DNA of 19,359 bases. Origin: Candidatus Aenigmatarchaeota archaeon. Lineage in GTDB: Archaea > Aenigmatarchaeota > Aenigmatarchaeia > Aenigmatarchaeales > JACQIB01. Shown in pieces: positions 8,494 to 16,173 of the stretch. Position 1 is the stretch's first letter. Each line of letters starts with the position of its first letter. The DNA is taken from assembly GCA_038999215.1 (NCBI GenBank), contig JAWABM010000013.1:1-19359 (forward strand). Reading direction: 5' to 3'. The translations under genes were made by a program, and so were the position numbers. The notes beneath the pieces were generated by a model, which searched no databases, was not told the DNA's origin, and was given only the letters and a program-made list of their open reading frames with translations.

Positions 8494-8913
8494 CTAGGCG
8501 GCCTTCCTTGAGCCGTACCAGGCCACGCCCAGCAGGGCAGTGAGCGCCGCCATGCCCAGCAGTATCAGCGTGCCGCTGCCTTTTATCCTGATTATTATGT
8601 CTATTATGCCCTGGGCGAAGTCCGGGGTGCCCGCGGGCACCTGTATCATGCCGATGAAAAAATCGCCTATGATTATTATGAGGCCCAGGCCGAGCGTCAG
8701 GAAAAGTATCATCATGAAAAGGGACTTGAAAATGCTTGATCCTGCCGAAGGCAGGGCCGCAGCCTTCCCGCCCCCCTTTATTATGGTAGGCACGTGGTCT
8801 GCGCAGTACACTCCCTGCGCCGTCGGCCTTGCGCAGTTCTCGCAAACGACCTTCCCGCAGGTCTGGCAGCGCCATTCGCCTTCCCCCTTTCCGCACCTTT
8901 CGCAGACCGCCAT
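8494..8913 (-). CDS. Zn-finger (CxxC x3 plus CxxH, B-box-like) protein with two TM helices
   Basis: MAVCERC...CQTCGKVVCENC...YCADH followed by two hydrophobic segments. Alternative ATG at 8937. Confidence 0.75.
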   Translation of the reverse strand: MAVCERCGKGEGEWRCQTCGKVVCENCARPTAQGVYCADHVPTIIKGGGKAAALPSAGSSIFKSLFMMILFLTLGLGLIIIIGDFFIGMIQVPAGTPDFAQGIIDIIIRIKGSGTLILLGMAALTALLGVAWYGSRKAA

Positions 8914-8944
8914 AATAATCCTTTGCCAAATACCCATATAAAAC

Positions 8945-10129
8945 CTATGCCGTCAGGCCCCAGCCTATGAGCTTCCACCTGTCGCCGACGTTCCTGCTTA
9001 TCGCCGCTCTCTCGTTCTGGCTCATAACGACCGGTATCCTGAGGCTCACCTCGGCCACGCCTTTCTTCAGCGACATCACCGCCCCCACTGTCCTCGACGT
9101 CCCCACGATTACCATCAGGTTCTCGCCCTGCTTCACCGGTTCCGCGTCCTTGAACAGGTTGAGCTTGAGTCTGAGCGAGCCGCTTATCGCAGGCAGCTTG
9201 CCTGGCAGGCCCACGACGCTTCCAGAGACGTTGTCCGCCTTCGTGAGCAGCGGGTCCAGCTTTGTCATCACCCCCACTAGGCCTCCCGGCCCTGCTTCCT
9301 CAAGATTCTTCGAAGCCTTCTGCAGCCCGACTATCTCTGTGGTTATTGTTTGCCATTTCTCGCCTATCTTCACAGGAGCTATCTCAACCTGCTCGCCGAC
9401 TTTCAGCTTGCCTGCGAGTATGGCCCCGCCCAGAACTCCTCCTTTCAGCTTGTCCGGCTCGATTCCCGGCTTGTTGATGTCAAAGCTGCGCACAACGAGC
9501 ATCCTCGGATTGGCTTCGGGGTCCCTTTTCGGCGTCGGCACGAACTCCTGTATGGCCTCCAGCACAAGGTCGATGTTGAGCTTCTGCTGCGCGGAGACCG
9601 GGATTATGGGCGCGTTCTCCGCGACGGTACCCTTCACGAACTCTTTTATCTGCCTGTAGCTCTCTCTCGCCCCTGCTTCGTCGACGAGGTCTATCTTGTT
9701 CTGCACGATTATGATGTTCTTTATCCCAGAGATGTCCAGCGCCAGCAGGTGCTCGGCAGTCTGCGGCTGCGGGCACTTCTCGTTCGCTGCGATTATCAGC
9801 AGTGCGCCATCCATGAGGCTTGCGCCTGCGAGCACGGTCGCCATCAGGGTCTCGTGCCCCGGAGCGTCAACGAAGGATATTGTCCGAAGCGGCTCCGCCT
9901 TCTCCATGCAGCCTAGGCACTTGTCGGCGCTCAGCGTGCGCTTGCATTTCGGGCACCTGTATATCGTCGCGTCTGCGTAGCCGAGCTTTATCGTGATGCC
10001 TCGCTTAAGCTCTTCGGAATGCAGAGCAGGCCATTTGCCGCTTATGGCCTCCACAAGGGTGGACTTCCCGTGGTCCACGTGGCCAAGTGTCCCTATGTTG
10101 ACCTCAGGTATGAGCCTCGGATCGGTTAT
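8945..10129 (-). CDS. eif2g: Translation initiation factor aIF2 gamma subunit (394 aa; apparent ATA start)
   Basis: PEVNIGTLGHVDHGKST, EELKRGITIKLGY, Zn knuckle CPKC..CLGC, DAPGHE, QNKID, SAQQ, RSFDINKPG, WKLIGWG. The ORF-track start (GTG 10078) lies inside the P-loop. The frame is open to ATA 10129, which is preceded by an in-frame TGA. Confidence 0.96.
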   Translation of the reverse strand: MTDPRLIPEVNIGTLGHVDHGKSTLVEAISGKWPALHSEELKRGITIKLGYADATIYRCPKCKRTLSADKCLGCMEKAEPLRTISFVDAPGHETLMATVLAGASLMDGALLIIAANEKCPQPQTAEHLLALDISGIKNIIIVQNKIDLVDEAGARESYRQIKEFVKGTVAENAPIIPVSAQQKLNIDLVLEAIQEFVPTPKRDPEANPRMLVVRSFDINKPGIEPDKLKGGVLGGAILAGKLKVGEQVEIAPVKIGEKWQTITTEIVGLQKASKNLEEAGPGGLVGVMTKLDPLLTKADNVSGSVVGLPGKLPAISGSLRLKLNLFKDAEPVKQGENLMVIVGTSRTVGAVMSLKKGVAEVSLRIPVVMSQNERAAISRNVGDRWKLIGWGLTA

Positions 10130-10140
10130 TCAGTTCACCT

Positions 10141-10563
10141 TCATTTTTTCTTCTTGCCGGCAGGCGCTTCCTGCTTTTTCTCCTCCTTCGGCTTCGGGAC
10201 CCAGCCTATTATGGTCGCTATGTCGCCTTCGCCCTCCACCACCTTCGCGTTGACCTGCGCTATTGATTCGGATATCCTGTTCCCGCGGACGTATTTCCTC
10301 TTCTTCTGGCCTTCCTTTGCCGGCCTGAAGCCCGTGCCCTTCGTGAGCAGCAGCTTCCTCCTTTCCCCGCCCTCAAGGTCGCGCTTCATCGGGAATCCGT
10401 CCTTGTCTGACCCGCCCGTTACTTCCAGCGTGAAGCCGGCGAGCCCTATGGCCGAGCCTTCGAACCTGTCCCCTATCTTGAGTCCGATCAGAGAAGGAGC
10501 GTCCTTTTCCATCTGGTAGCTCTTCCTTGTCTTGGGTTCGTTTATGACTATCTTGAACGGCAT
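10141..10563 (-). CDS. rps6e: 30S ribosomal protein eS6
   Basis: FKIVINEPKT, LIGLKIGD, LEVTGGSDKDGFPM, GQKKRKYVRGN..SE.IAQVN. SD GGAGGTG upstream. Confidence 0.97.
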   Translation of the reverse strand: MPFKIVINEPKTRKSYQMEKDAPSLIGLKIGDRFEGSAIGLAGFTLEVTGGSDKDGFPMKRDLEGGERRKLLLTKGTGFRPAKEGQKKRKYVRGNRISESIAQVNAKVVEGEGDIATIIGWVPKPKEEKKQEAPAGKKKK

Positions 10564-10630
10564 TCAAATGCACCTCCTCAGTTTTGCTGCTATGACAGCT
10601 CATTACCGAGTGCTTATAGATTGGCAGGAA

Positions 10631-10642
10631 AGTATTTAAAAA
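10631..10642 (-). promoter_or_regulatory. TATA box of the rps6e-eif2g operon (TTTTTAAATACT)
   Basis: Immediately after the aIF5B stop codon; identical 10-mer to other promoters in the window. Confidence 0.7.
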
Positions 10643-10643
10643 C

Positions 10644-12362
10644 CTATTTGCCGAGAAGCTCCCTTGCGAGCTTTGCCTCAGGCATGCCGTATTTGTCAAG
10701 GACCTTCAGGTCCTCCCTGCCAACGGATGTGACGAGGATGTCGCCCTCTTTTATCTGTCGGCCCACGGTGGGTCCGTCTATCGAGACCGCCACGCGCTGG
10801 CCTTTCTCCGCCTCCTCAACGCCGACGTTCTCCACCTGTATCGCCTTCACTGTGCCGACCTTTGAGCCGTCCTTCTTCCTTAATGCCGCTCCCGGCCTCA
10901 GCCTTCCGTCAAGAACCTCGACTCCGACTATCGCGGGGTCGTTCTGCCTGAACACGAAGCCTTTGAGAAGTTCGATTTTCGCCGGCATGTTTATTCTGGC
11001 CAGTTCCTCCCTCTTCTCAATCTCCTTCTGCTGCTCTGCCCACTTGTCGTATTCCTCGAACAGCGCGTAGATGATGTTGCTCCTGAACACCTTTATCCCC
11101 CTGCTCTTCGCCTCCTGCTCCACGTCCGCGGCGAGCGGCAGGTTGAACACGAATATGACCCTGTTGTACTTGTCAGCGACGGTCTCCATCTCCACGACTT
11201 CCTTCTTTGTCAGCGGGCCCACGCCGGCCTTGTTTATCTTCATGTTCCTCTGCTTCAGCATGTGAATAAGGGCCTCCACGCTGCCGAGCGTGTCCGCCTT
11301 GAGCATCACGCCTTCCCCGCCGCACACGCCGAAGTCGCCGCAGAGCTCCTCCCTCAGCTCCTCCTTAGCCTCCCCGACGCCCTCTTCGCCGCGCAGCGCG
11401 ATTATGGGCGAGCCTGCTATCGCCGCTTCGAGCCCTGGCGCGGATATCTTCACCCCCGCGGCCGCGCCGACGCGCTCCACCTGCTCGAACTCCTTCTCGA
11501 CCCTTATGTCCCTGAGCGGCTTCGGTTTGAGCAGGGCCTTTATCTTCGTGACTATCGGATCCGCCCCGCCGATGACGATGGTGTCGCCCTTCCTTATCTC
11601 TCCGTCGTAAAGGATCATGTCGGCCGTGAGGCCGAGCCCGCGGACTTCCTTTATTTCCAGTATCGAGCCCCTCCCGACATCGGATGTTATCCCTATCTTG
11701 TCCTTGAGGAAGTTCTGCGCAAGGCCTGTGAGCATCATAAGAAGGTCTGGCACGCCTTCGCCCGTTATTCCCGAGCACGGCACTATGGCCACCTGCTTCC
11801 TGAAGTCGTTCACCCTGTCGTACCTCTCCGAGTCGAAGCCGCGCTCGCTCAGCTGGCCTACGAGCTTGTACACCGCAGCGTCGACCTCTTCCCTGACTCT
11901 TTCCGGTTGCCTTGCCAGCGTCTCGGAGAAGTTCGCGTCCTTCGAGGATATCCAGCCGCTTAGCTTGTCCACTTTCGTTGCGGCTATTATGAACGGCGTC
12001 TTGAACTGCTTGAGCAGCTGTATGCTCTCGTCTGTCTGCGGCTTTATGCCCTCCAGCAGATCTATGACGAGCACCGCTATGTCGGCTATGCTCGAGCCGC
12101 GCCGCCTTATGCTGGTGAAGGCCTCGTGCCCGGGCGTGTCCAGGAAAAGCAGGCCAGGTATCTTCACGTCCAGCTTCATCTTCGTGATGAGGCCCCCGCA
12201 GGTCTTTCTTATGGCCTCTATCGGTATCTCGCTCGCGCCAGAGTGCTGAGTGATGTAGCCGGCCTCCTTCTCAGCCACGGCCGTGCCTCTTATCCTGTCG
12301 AGCAGCGTGGTCTTGCCGTGGTCCACGTGGCCCATCACGGCGACTATGGGTTGCCTGAGCAT
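10644..12362 (-). CDS. infB: Translation initiation factor aIF5B (IF2 homolog)
   Basis: MLRQPIVAVMGHVDHGKTTLLD, ITQHSGA, DTPGHEAF, TKVD, KADTLGSVEAL, VFRQNDPAIVGVEV. No intein. ATG 12362 follows GTGAT. Confidence 0.97.
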   Translation of the reverse strand: MLRQPIVAVMGHVDHGKTTLLDRIRGTAVAEKEAGYITQHSGASEIPIEAIRKTCGGLITKMKLDVKIPGLLFLDTPGHEAFTSIRRRGSSIADIAVLVIDLLEGIKPQTDESIQLLKQFKTPFIIAATKVDKLSGWISSKDANFSETLARQPERVREEVDAAVYKLVGQLSERGFDSERYDRVNDFRKQVAIVPCSGITGEGVPDLLMMLTGLAQNFLKDKIGITSDVGRGSILEIKEVRGLGLTADMILYDGEIRKGDTIVIGGADPIVTKIKALLKPKPLRDIRVEKEFEQVERVGAAAGVKISAPGLEAAIAGSPIIALRGEEGVGEAKEELREELCGDFGVCGGEGVMLKADTLGSVEALIHMLKQRNMKINKAGVGPLTKKEVVEMETVADKYNRVIFVFNLPLAADVEQEAKSRGIKVFRSNIIYALFEEYDKWAEQQKEIEKREELARINMPAKIELLKGFVFRQNDPAIVGVEVLDGRLRPGAALRKKDGSKVGTVKAIQVENVGVEEAEKGQRVAVSIDGPTVGRQIKEGDILVTSVGREDLKVLDKYGMPEAKLARELLGK

Positions 12363-12392
12363 GCGCATCACTTTTAAGATTTTCAGGCGTGG

Positions 12393-12402
12393 AGTATTTA
12401 AA
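12393..12402 (-). promoter_or_regulatory. TATA box of infB (TTTAAATACT)
   Basis: About 30-40 nt upstream of the infB ATG; exact repeat of the motif. Confidence 0.7.
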
Positions 12403-12465
12403 TTGCCCTGAAAATGCCGCCCATATTTATCTTTTTTCCGCGAATAGGTTCTGGAGGAGGGGTTC

Positions 12466-13623
12466 TTGGAGGCGAGGGACAGGAAGACCGGGCGTTACGT
12501 GAGGCTGGACGGCAGCAAGTTCAGGTACGGCAGCGGATGGAAATCCGGCCGTTTCGATGTCATGGGCATCAGGGACCTGAAGGAGAGGTACTGCTATCTC
12601 GAGGTCCTCGGATTCACCTATGCTTCATGGTTCTCTCCGAATTCCGACCATTACACGCATACGGGCATGAACGTTGCGATAAACAGCGAGGAGGAGTTGG
12701 CATTCCTTTCCAGGAGGCTGGCAAGAGATGACAGCTTCGACTACAGGAAGGACCCCAACAACACGTCTGTGGATTTTTATTTCAGGCCCAGGAAGAAGGA
12801 CGAGCCCAGGGACCTTCGTTTCGATTGGGACAGGGCCAGGATAAGGAACCCGAACTTCTCGTATTATCACGAGAACCTTCTGCCCGCCCTAGGATCGGAG
12901 GAGGAGAAGCACCTGCTTTGCGGCCTTTTTCCGATATGCGCCATAAGGATACATTCCGAGAGGGCTCCGGACGAGACGCGCGTGATATTCAAGACATCCA
13001 GCAAGATGGTCTACGACAATCTCGGGCTTATTCTGGAGAACCAGAACGTGCCGTACTTCCCGAGCTACCGCCAGATATACAGGGGCAGAGGGAGCAAGAC
13101 AAAGAAATGCGACATATTTTCGTTCCTTTTCTATGAGCCGAGCCGCATTAGAAGGTTCGTCGACGGCAATGAGTTCCCTTCAGCATACTCTTCGCTATGC
13201 AGGATGCGCGACATGGGCAAGGAAGAGGCCTTCGATTACATAAGGGCCATAGAGAGGGCCAAGATATTTGAGAGAGCGAAGATAGAGGGCAGGTTCGGAA
13301 GGACGAATTACGAGGAGCTAAGAGAGGTGATATCCTTCTGCCATAGGGAGATATCATCCGTGGAAAGGGAGCTTGGCGAGCTGGAAAGTGATAGGCAGAT
13401 GTCCATAGATTCGCCTGATGCCGGGCAGCGGCGCAGGGAGCTCGAAAAGCTGAAGCGTTATCGCGACGAATGCTGCGATATGCTGGACGATGCCGAGGAA
13501 AAGCTTGGAAGGATAAGCAGAAGGCGCGCCAGGAAGAGCTTCGGAGGAAGGAGGAGCTACGAGAGGCGCATATTGGAAAACATGAGGGCCCAAGAGAAGT
13601 ACGAGGAATCAAAGAAGGCCTAA
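12466..13623 (+). CDS. Hypothetical protein: possible degenerate double LAGLIDADG-like fold plus C-terminal charged coiled coil
   Basis: 385-aa ORF fills the whole infB-rpl24e gap and has a TTG start behind GGAGGAGG. Motif-like helices [12 protein letters not shown] and [15 protein letters not shown]-rich helical C-terminus. The fold call is by eye only. Confidence 0.75.
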   Translation: MEARDRKTGRYVRLDGSKFRYGSGWKSGRFDVMGIRDLKERYCYLEVLGFTYASWFSPNSDHYTHTGMNVAINSEEELAFLSRRLARDDSFDYRKDPNNTSVDFYFRPRKKDEPRDLRFDWDRARIRNPNFSYYHENLLPALGSEEEKHLLCGLFPICAIRIHSERAPDETRVIFKTSSKMVYDNLGLILENQNVPYFPSYRQIYRGRGSKTKKCDIFSFLFYEPSRIRRFVDGNEFPSAYSSLCRMRDMGKEEAFDYIRAIERAKIFERAKIEGRFGRTNYEELREVISFCHREISSVERELGELESDRQMSIDSPDAGQRRRELEKLKRYRDECCDMLDDAEEKLGRISRRRARKSFGGRRSYERRILENMRAQEKYEESKKA

Positions 13624-13784
13624 GGCTTCTTGGTTATCCACTTCTGCCTTTCCGGCACCCTTCCCATGGCGAAGTTCTTCTGGCACTTCGAGCCGCAGAA
13701 GTAGAATATTTTGCCGTCGTTCCTGACGTACATCTTGCCAGTGCCCTGCTCTATGACGGCCGAACAGAAGCTGCATTTGACCAT
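13620..13784 (-). CDS. rpl24e: 50S ribosomal protein eL24
   Basis: [50 protein letters not shown] (TRASH Zn finger). The true start is ATG 13784, not 13922. Confidence 0.96.
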   Translation of the reverse strand: MVKCSFCSAVIEQGTGKMYVRNDGKIFYFCGSKCQKNFAMGRVPERQKWITKKP

Positions 13785-13786
13785 TC

Positions 13787-14005
13787 TTATCTCCTCGGCT
13801 CCATCCCGCCCGCGGATTCCATCTCGGTCTCGCGCAGCATCAGCATGTCCCCGACCCTTACCGGGCCGAGCACGTTCCTGACAAGTATCTTGCCGGCATC
13901 GTTGCCTTCCAAGACCTTGCACCTTACCTGGGTCACTCCCTTCATCCCGCTCCTTCCGAGCACTTGCACTACTTCGGACGCCACTGCATCAGTCGGTGCC
14001 GGCAT
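13787..14005 (-). CDS. rps28e: 30S ribosomal protein eS28
   Basis: [51 protein letters not shown]. Confidence 0.96.
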   Translation of the reverse strand: MPAPTDAVASEVVQVLGRSGMKGVTQVRCKVLEGNDAGKILVRNVLGPVRVGDMLMLRETEMESAGGMEPRR

Positions 14006-14010
14006 TCAAA

Positions 14011-14328
14011 TCATCCTTCTTTCGCTATCTCAGCGATTATCTTCTTGGCGTCGCCTTCCTCGACAATCCCGATCGCCGCTGTAGAAACGTCTATGCCTGC
14101 GGCCCTTCCGAGGTCCTGCTTCGCCTTCACGCGCGCAAGAGGTATCTTCTTCTCCTTGCACAAGGGCGGAAGATGCATCACGACCTCCTTGGGGTTGACG
14201 TCCTCGGCTATCACGACGAGCTTGGCAATGCCCCTCTCGACGACCTTCGTTGTCTCGTTGGTGCCTATCACAAGCTTGCCGTTTCCCTTTGCAAGTTCGA
14301 CTGCCTGCAAGACTTTTTCCTGTTCCAT
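14011..14328 (-). CDS. rpl7ae: 50S ribosomal protein L7Ae (eL8), short N-terminus
   Basis: [42 protein letters not shown]...[19 protein letters not shown] upstream. Confidence 0.97.
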   Translation of the reverse strand: MEQEKVLQAVELAKGNGKLVIGTNETTKVVERGIAKLVVIAEDVNPKEVVMHLPPLCKEKKIPLARVKAKQDLGRAAGIDVSTAAIGIVEEGDAKKIIAEIAKEG

Positions 14329-14392
14329 CGAATCACCTCATATTTTGGTCGGTTCATTTTTTCATCTGTTCTTTAGAAGAGCTTGGTTGTGA

Positions 14393-14402
14393 AGTATTTA
14401 AA
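14393..14402 (-). promoter_or_regulatory. TATA box of the rpl7ae operon (TTTAAATACT)
   Basis: Three nt after the gltX stop codon; exact repeat of the motif. Confidence 0.7.
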
Positions 14403-14405
14403 GGT

Positions 14406-16070
14406 TTACCTGTGCGCAAAGTAGAACACGCCAGGCGCGTCGCAGCGGGCGAATCCGATTCTCTCGAACTGAACAATCTGGCCGGGCTTGACCTTCTTCA
14501 GCCCGGGTTCCGCTAGCCCGTCGACCTCCTTGCCGTCCGGCATTATCAGTTTGATCTTCATGTTCTTCTCCGGCACCCAGTGTATCTTCGGTATGTCCTT
14601 GAGCGGCAGTCCGGTGTATCTGGCCTTGCTGTCCATTATGAAATTGGCGAAATGCATGAGGCGCACCTCTTTGCCGCGGTTGGCCACGAAATCGGTCTTG
14701 TCCACGAACACTTTCTTGCTTGTCGGTATGGACCTGTACTTCCTCTTGCCGGGATATACCGGCGCCTTGACAGTTTTGACCGGCACTTTGTCAAGCTTTA
14801 TTTCGATAGGCTCGCCCACGAAGAAGTAGCGGTCCGACGTCTTGTCTATCACCTTTCTGTTCTCGCTATAGAGCTTCTCCCATTCGAAGTGGACCGTGGC
14901 CGCTCCGACTCCCATCTCGATTATCATGCTTTTTATCGCCTGCGGCGTTATTCCCCTCCTTATCAGCGCCCTCACGAGCCCGTACTGCCCGAGCCTAGGA
15001 TCGTCCCAGCCCGCGAACTTTCCGGCCGCGATCGCGTCCCTGATGAACCTCTTGTGCACCTTCTCTCCTGGCATGTAGAGGAATCCGAAGTTTATCGCGA
15101 CAGGTTCGTAGTCGGTCCAGCCCAGCTCATCGCAGATTTTCTTCTGGATTATCGTGTTGAAGGCGTGCTCGGTCCCGCGCAGTATGTGAGTGATGCCCTC
15201 ATCGTGGTCCTCCACGGCCGAATTGAAGTTGTAGGACGGGTACACCCAGTGCTCCACGCCCGTGGTGGGGTTCTTTCCGGACTTCATCCTCATTATGACC
15301 GGGTCCCTCAGCGCCGGGTTCGGGTCGTTTATGTCTGTCTTGAGCCGCAGCACCGCCTGGCCGGGCTGAAGTTTCTTTCCGAGCATCTCCTTCCACAGTT
15401 CCATATTCCTTTCGATGGAGTTGGACCTGCATTCGCACTCCTCCTTTGCGGCGCCCATTCTGCCCTCCTTGGCGGCTTCGACAACAGGGCAAGTGCAGGC
15501 GTAGGCCTTGAACTCCTTTATCAGCTTCTCGGCGAGCTTGTAGTGCTTGCCGAACTTCTCCGAGCATAAGTAGAACTTGTTCCATTTCAATCCCATGACT
15601 TCAAGGTCCTTTTTTATCAGCTCCACGTTGTCCTTCGCGACTTTCGCTGGGTCGGGATCGGTGTCCTCTATGCGCACGATGAACTTTCCTTTGTACATCT
15701 TCGCGTACTCATATGACGTCACCGCGGCCTTCATGTTGCCTATGTGAAGCGCTCCTGACGGGAACGGCGGGAATCTCGTGACGACCTTGCCCTTTACGGC
15801 CCCGGGCAGCGGCGGAAGCCCTTCCCTCTCCTCTTTCTCTGGTTTCTCTATCTTTCCGAACTTCTTCAGCTCCTTGTCGATATCGTCGGCCTTCATCTTG
15901 TTCACGTGCGCTATGGCAGCCGCTACCTCCTTCTTCAGGGCCTCGATGTCCTTTTTCGCGTCCGGAGCTTCTGCTATGACCTTGCCCATTACAGAGCCCA
16001 TCTGGGCCTTGCCGAACTCCTTGGCATTGAGGAGCGCATGCTTCAGCGCTATGTCCTTCAGGTTTGGCAT
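14406..16070 (-). CDS. gltX: Glutamate--tRNA ligase (archaeal type)
   Basis: ALKHALLNA N-terminus, VVTRFPPFPSGALHIGN, RIEDTDP, LRDPVIMR, VYPSYNF..AVEDH..GITHILRGTEH, GWDDPRL, RRGI, VQFERIGFARCD, C-terminal FAHR. Confidence 0.96.
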   Translation of the reverse strand: MPNLKDIALKHALLNAKEFGKAQMGSVMGKVIAEAPDAKKDIEALKKEVAAAIAHVNKMKADDIDKELKKFGKIEKPEKEEREGLPPLPGAVKGKVVTRFPPFPSGALHIGNMKAAVTSYEYAKMYKGKFIVRIEDTDPDPAKVAKDNVELIKKDLEVMGLKWNKFYLCSEKFGKHYKLAEKLIKEFKAYACTCPVVEAAKEGRMGAAKEECECRSNSIERNMELWKEMLGKKLQPGQAVLRLKTDINDPNPALRDPVIMRMKSGKNPTTGVEHWVYPSYNFNSAVEDHDEGITHILRGTEHAFNTIIQKKICDELGWTDYEPVAINFGFLYMPGEKVHKRFIRDAIAAGKFAGWDDPRLGQYGLVRALIRRGITPQAIKSMIIEMGVGAATVHFEWEKLYSENRKVIDKTSDRYFFVGEPIEIKLDKVPVKTVKAPVYPGKRKYRSIPTSKKVFVDKTDFVANRGKEVRLMHFANFIMDSKARYTGLPLKDIPKIHWVPEKNMKIKLIMPDGKEVDGLAEPGLKKVKPGQIVQFERIGFARCDAPGVFYFAHR

Positions 16071-16173
16071 AAAGATTATTCGGCGCAGCGCCTTAAAAAA
16101 CTGCTTTTAAACTTGCTTGACAACTGCGCAGAAGTCAATCAGGATTATATTGAGGTTCAGCAGAGTATTCTGC

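Noticed and set aside
8456..8929. Alternative 157-aa ORF overlapping the Zn-finger membrane gene
   Set aside because: Low-complexity R/H/G-rich translation in another frame; the Cys-motif/TM frame is far more protein-like.
10130..10138. TGA readthrough or Sec/Trp recoding of GTG-AAC-TGA as the aIF2gamma start
   Set aside because: TGA is used as a normal stop in rpoB, rpoH, rps6e, rpl7ae and gdhA. The GTG is part of the SD and has no SD of its own, and ATA fits the spacing better.
1..12371. Inteins in RpoA', RpoB or aIF5B (common insertion hosts)
   Set aside because: The proteins are of normal or short length with contiguous motifs and no intein signatures.
13785..13922. ORF-track N-terminal extension of eL24 (100 aa)
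   Set aside because: It overlaps rps28e in another frame; eL24 homology starts at ATG 13784.
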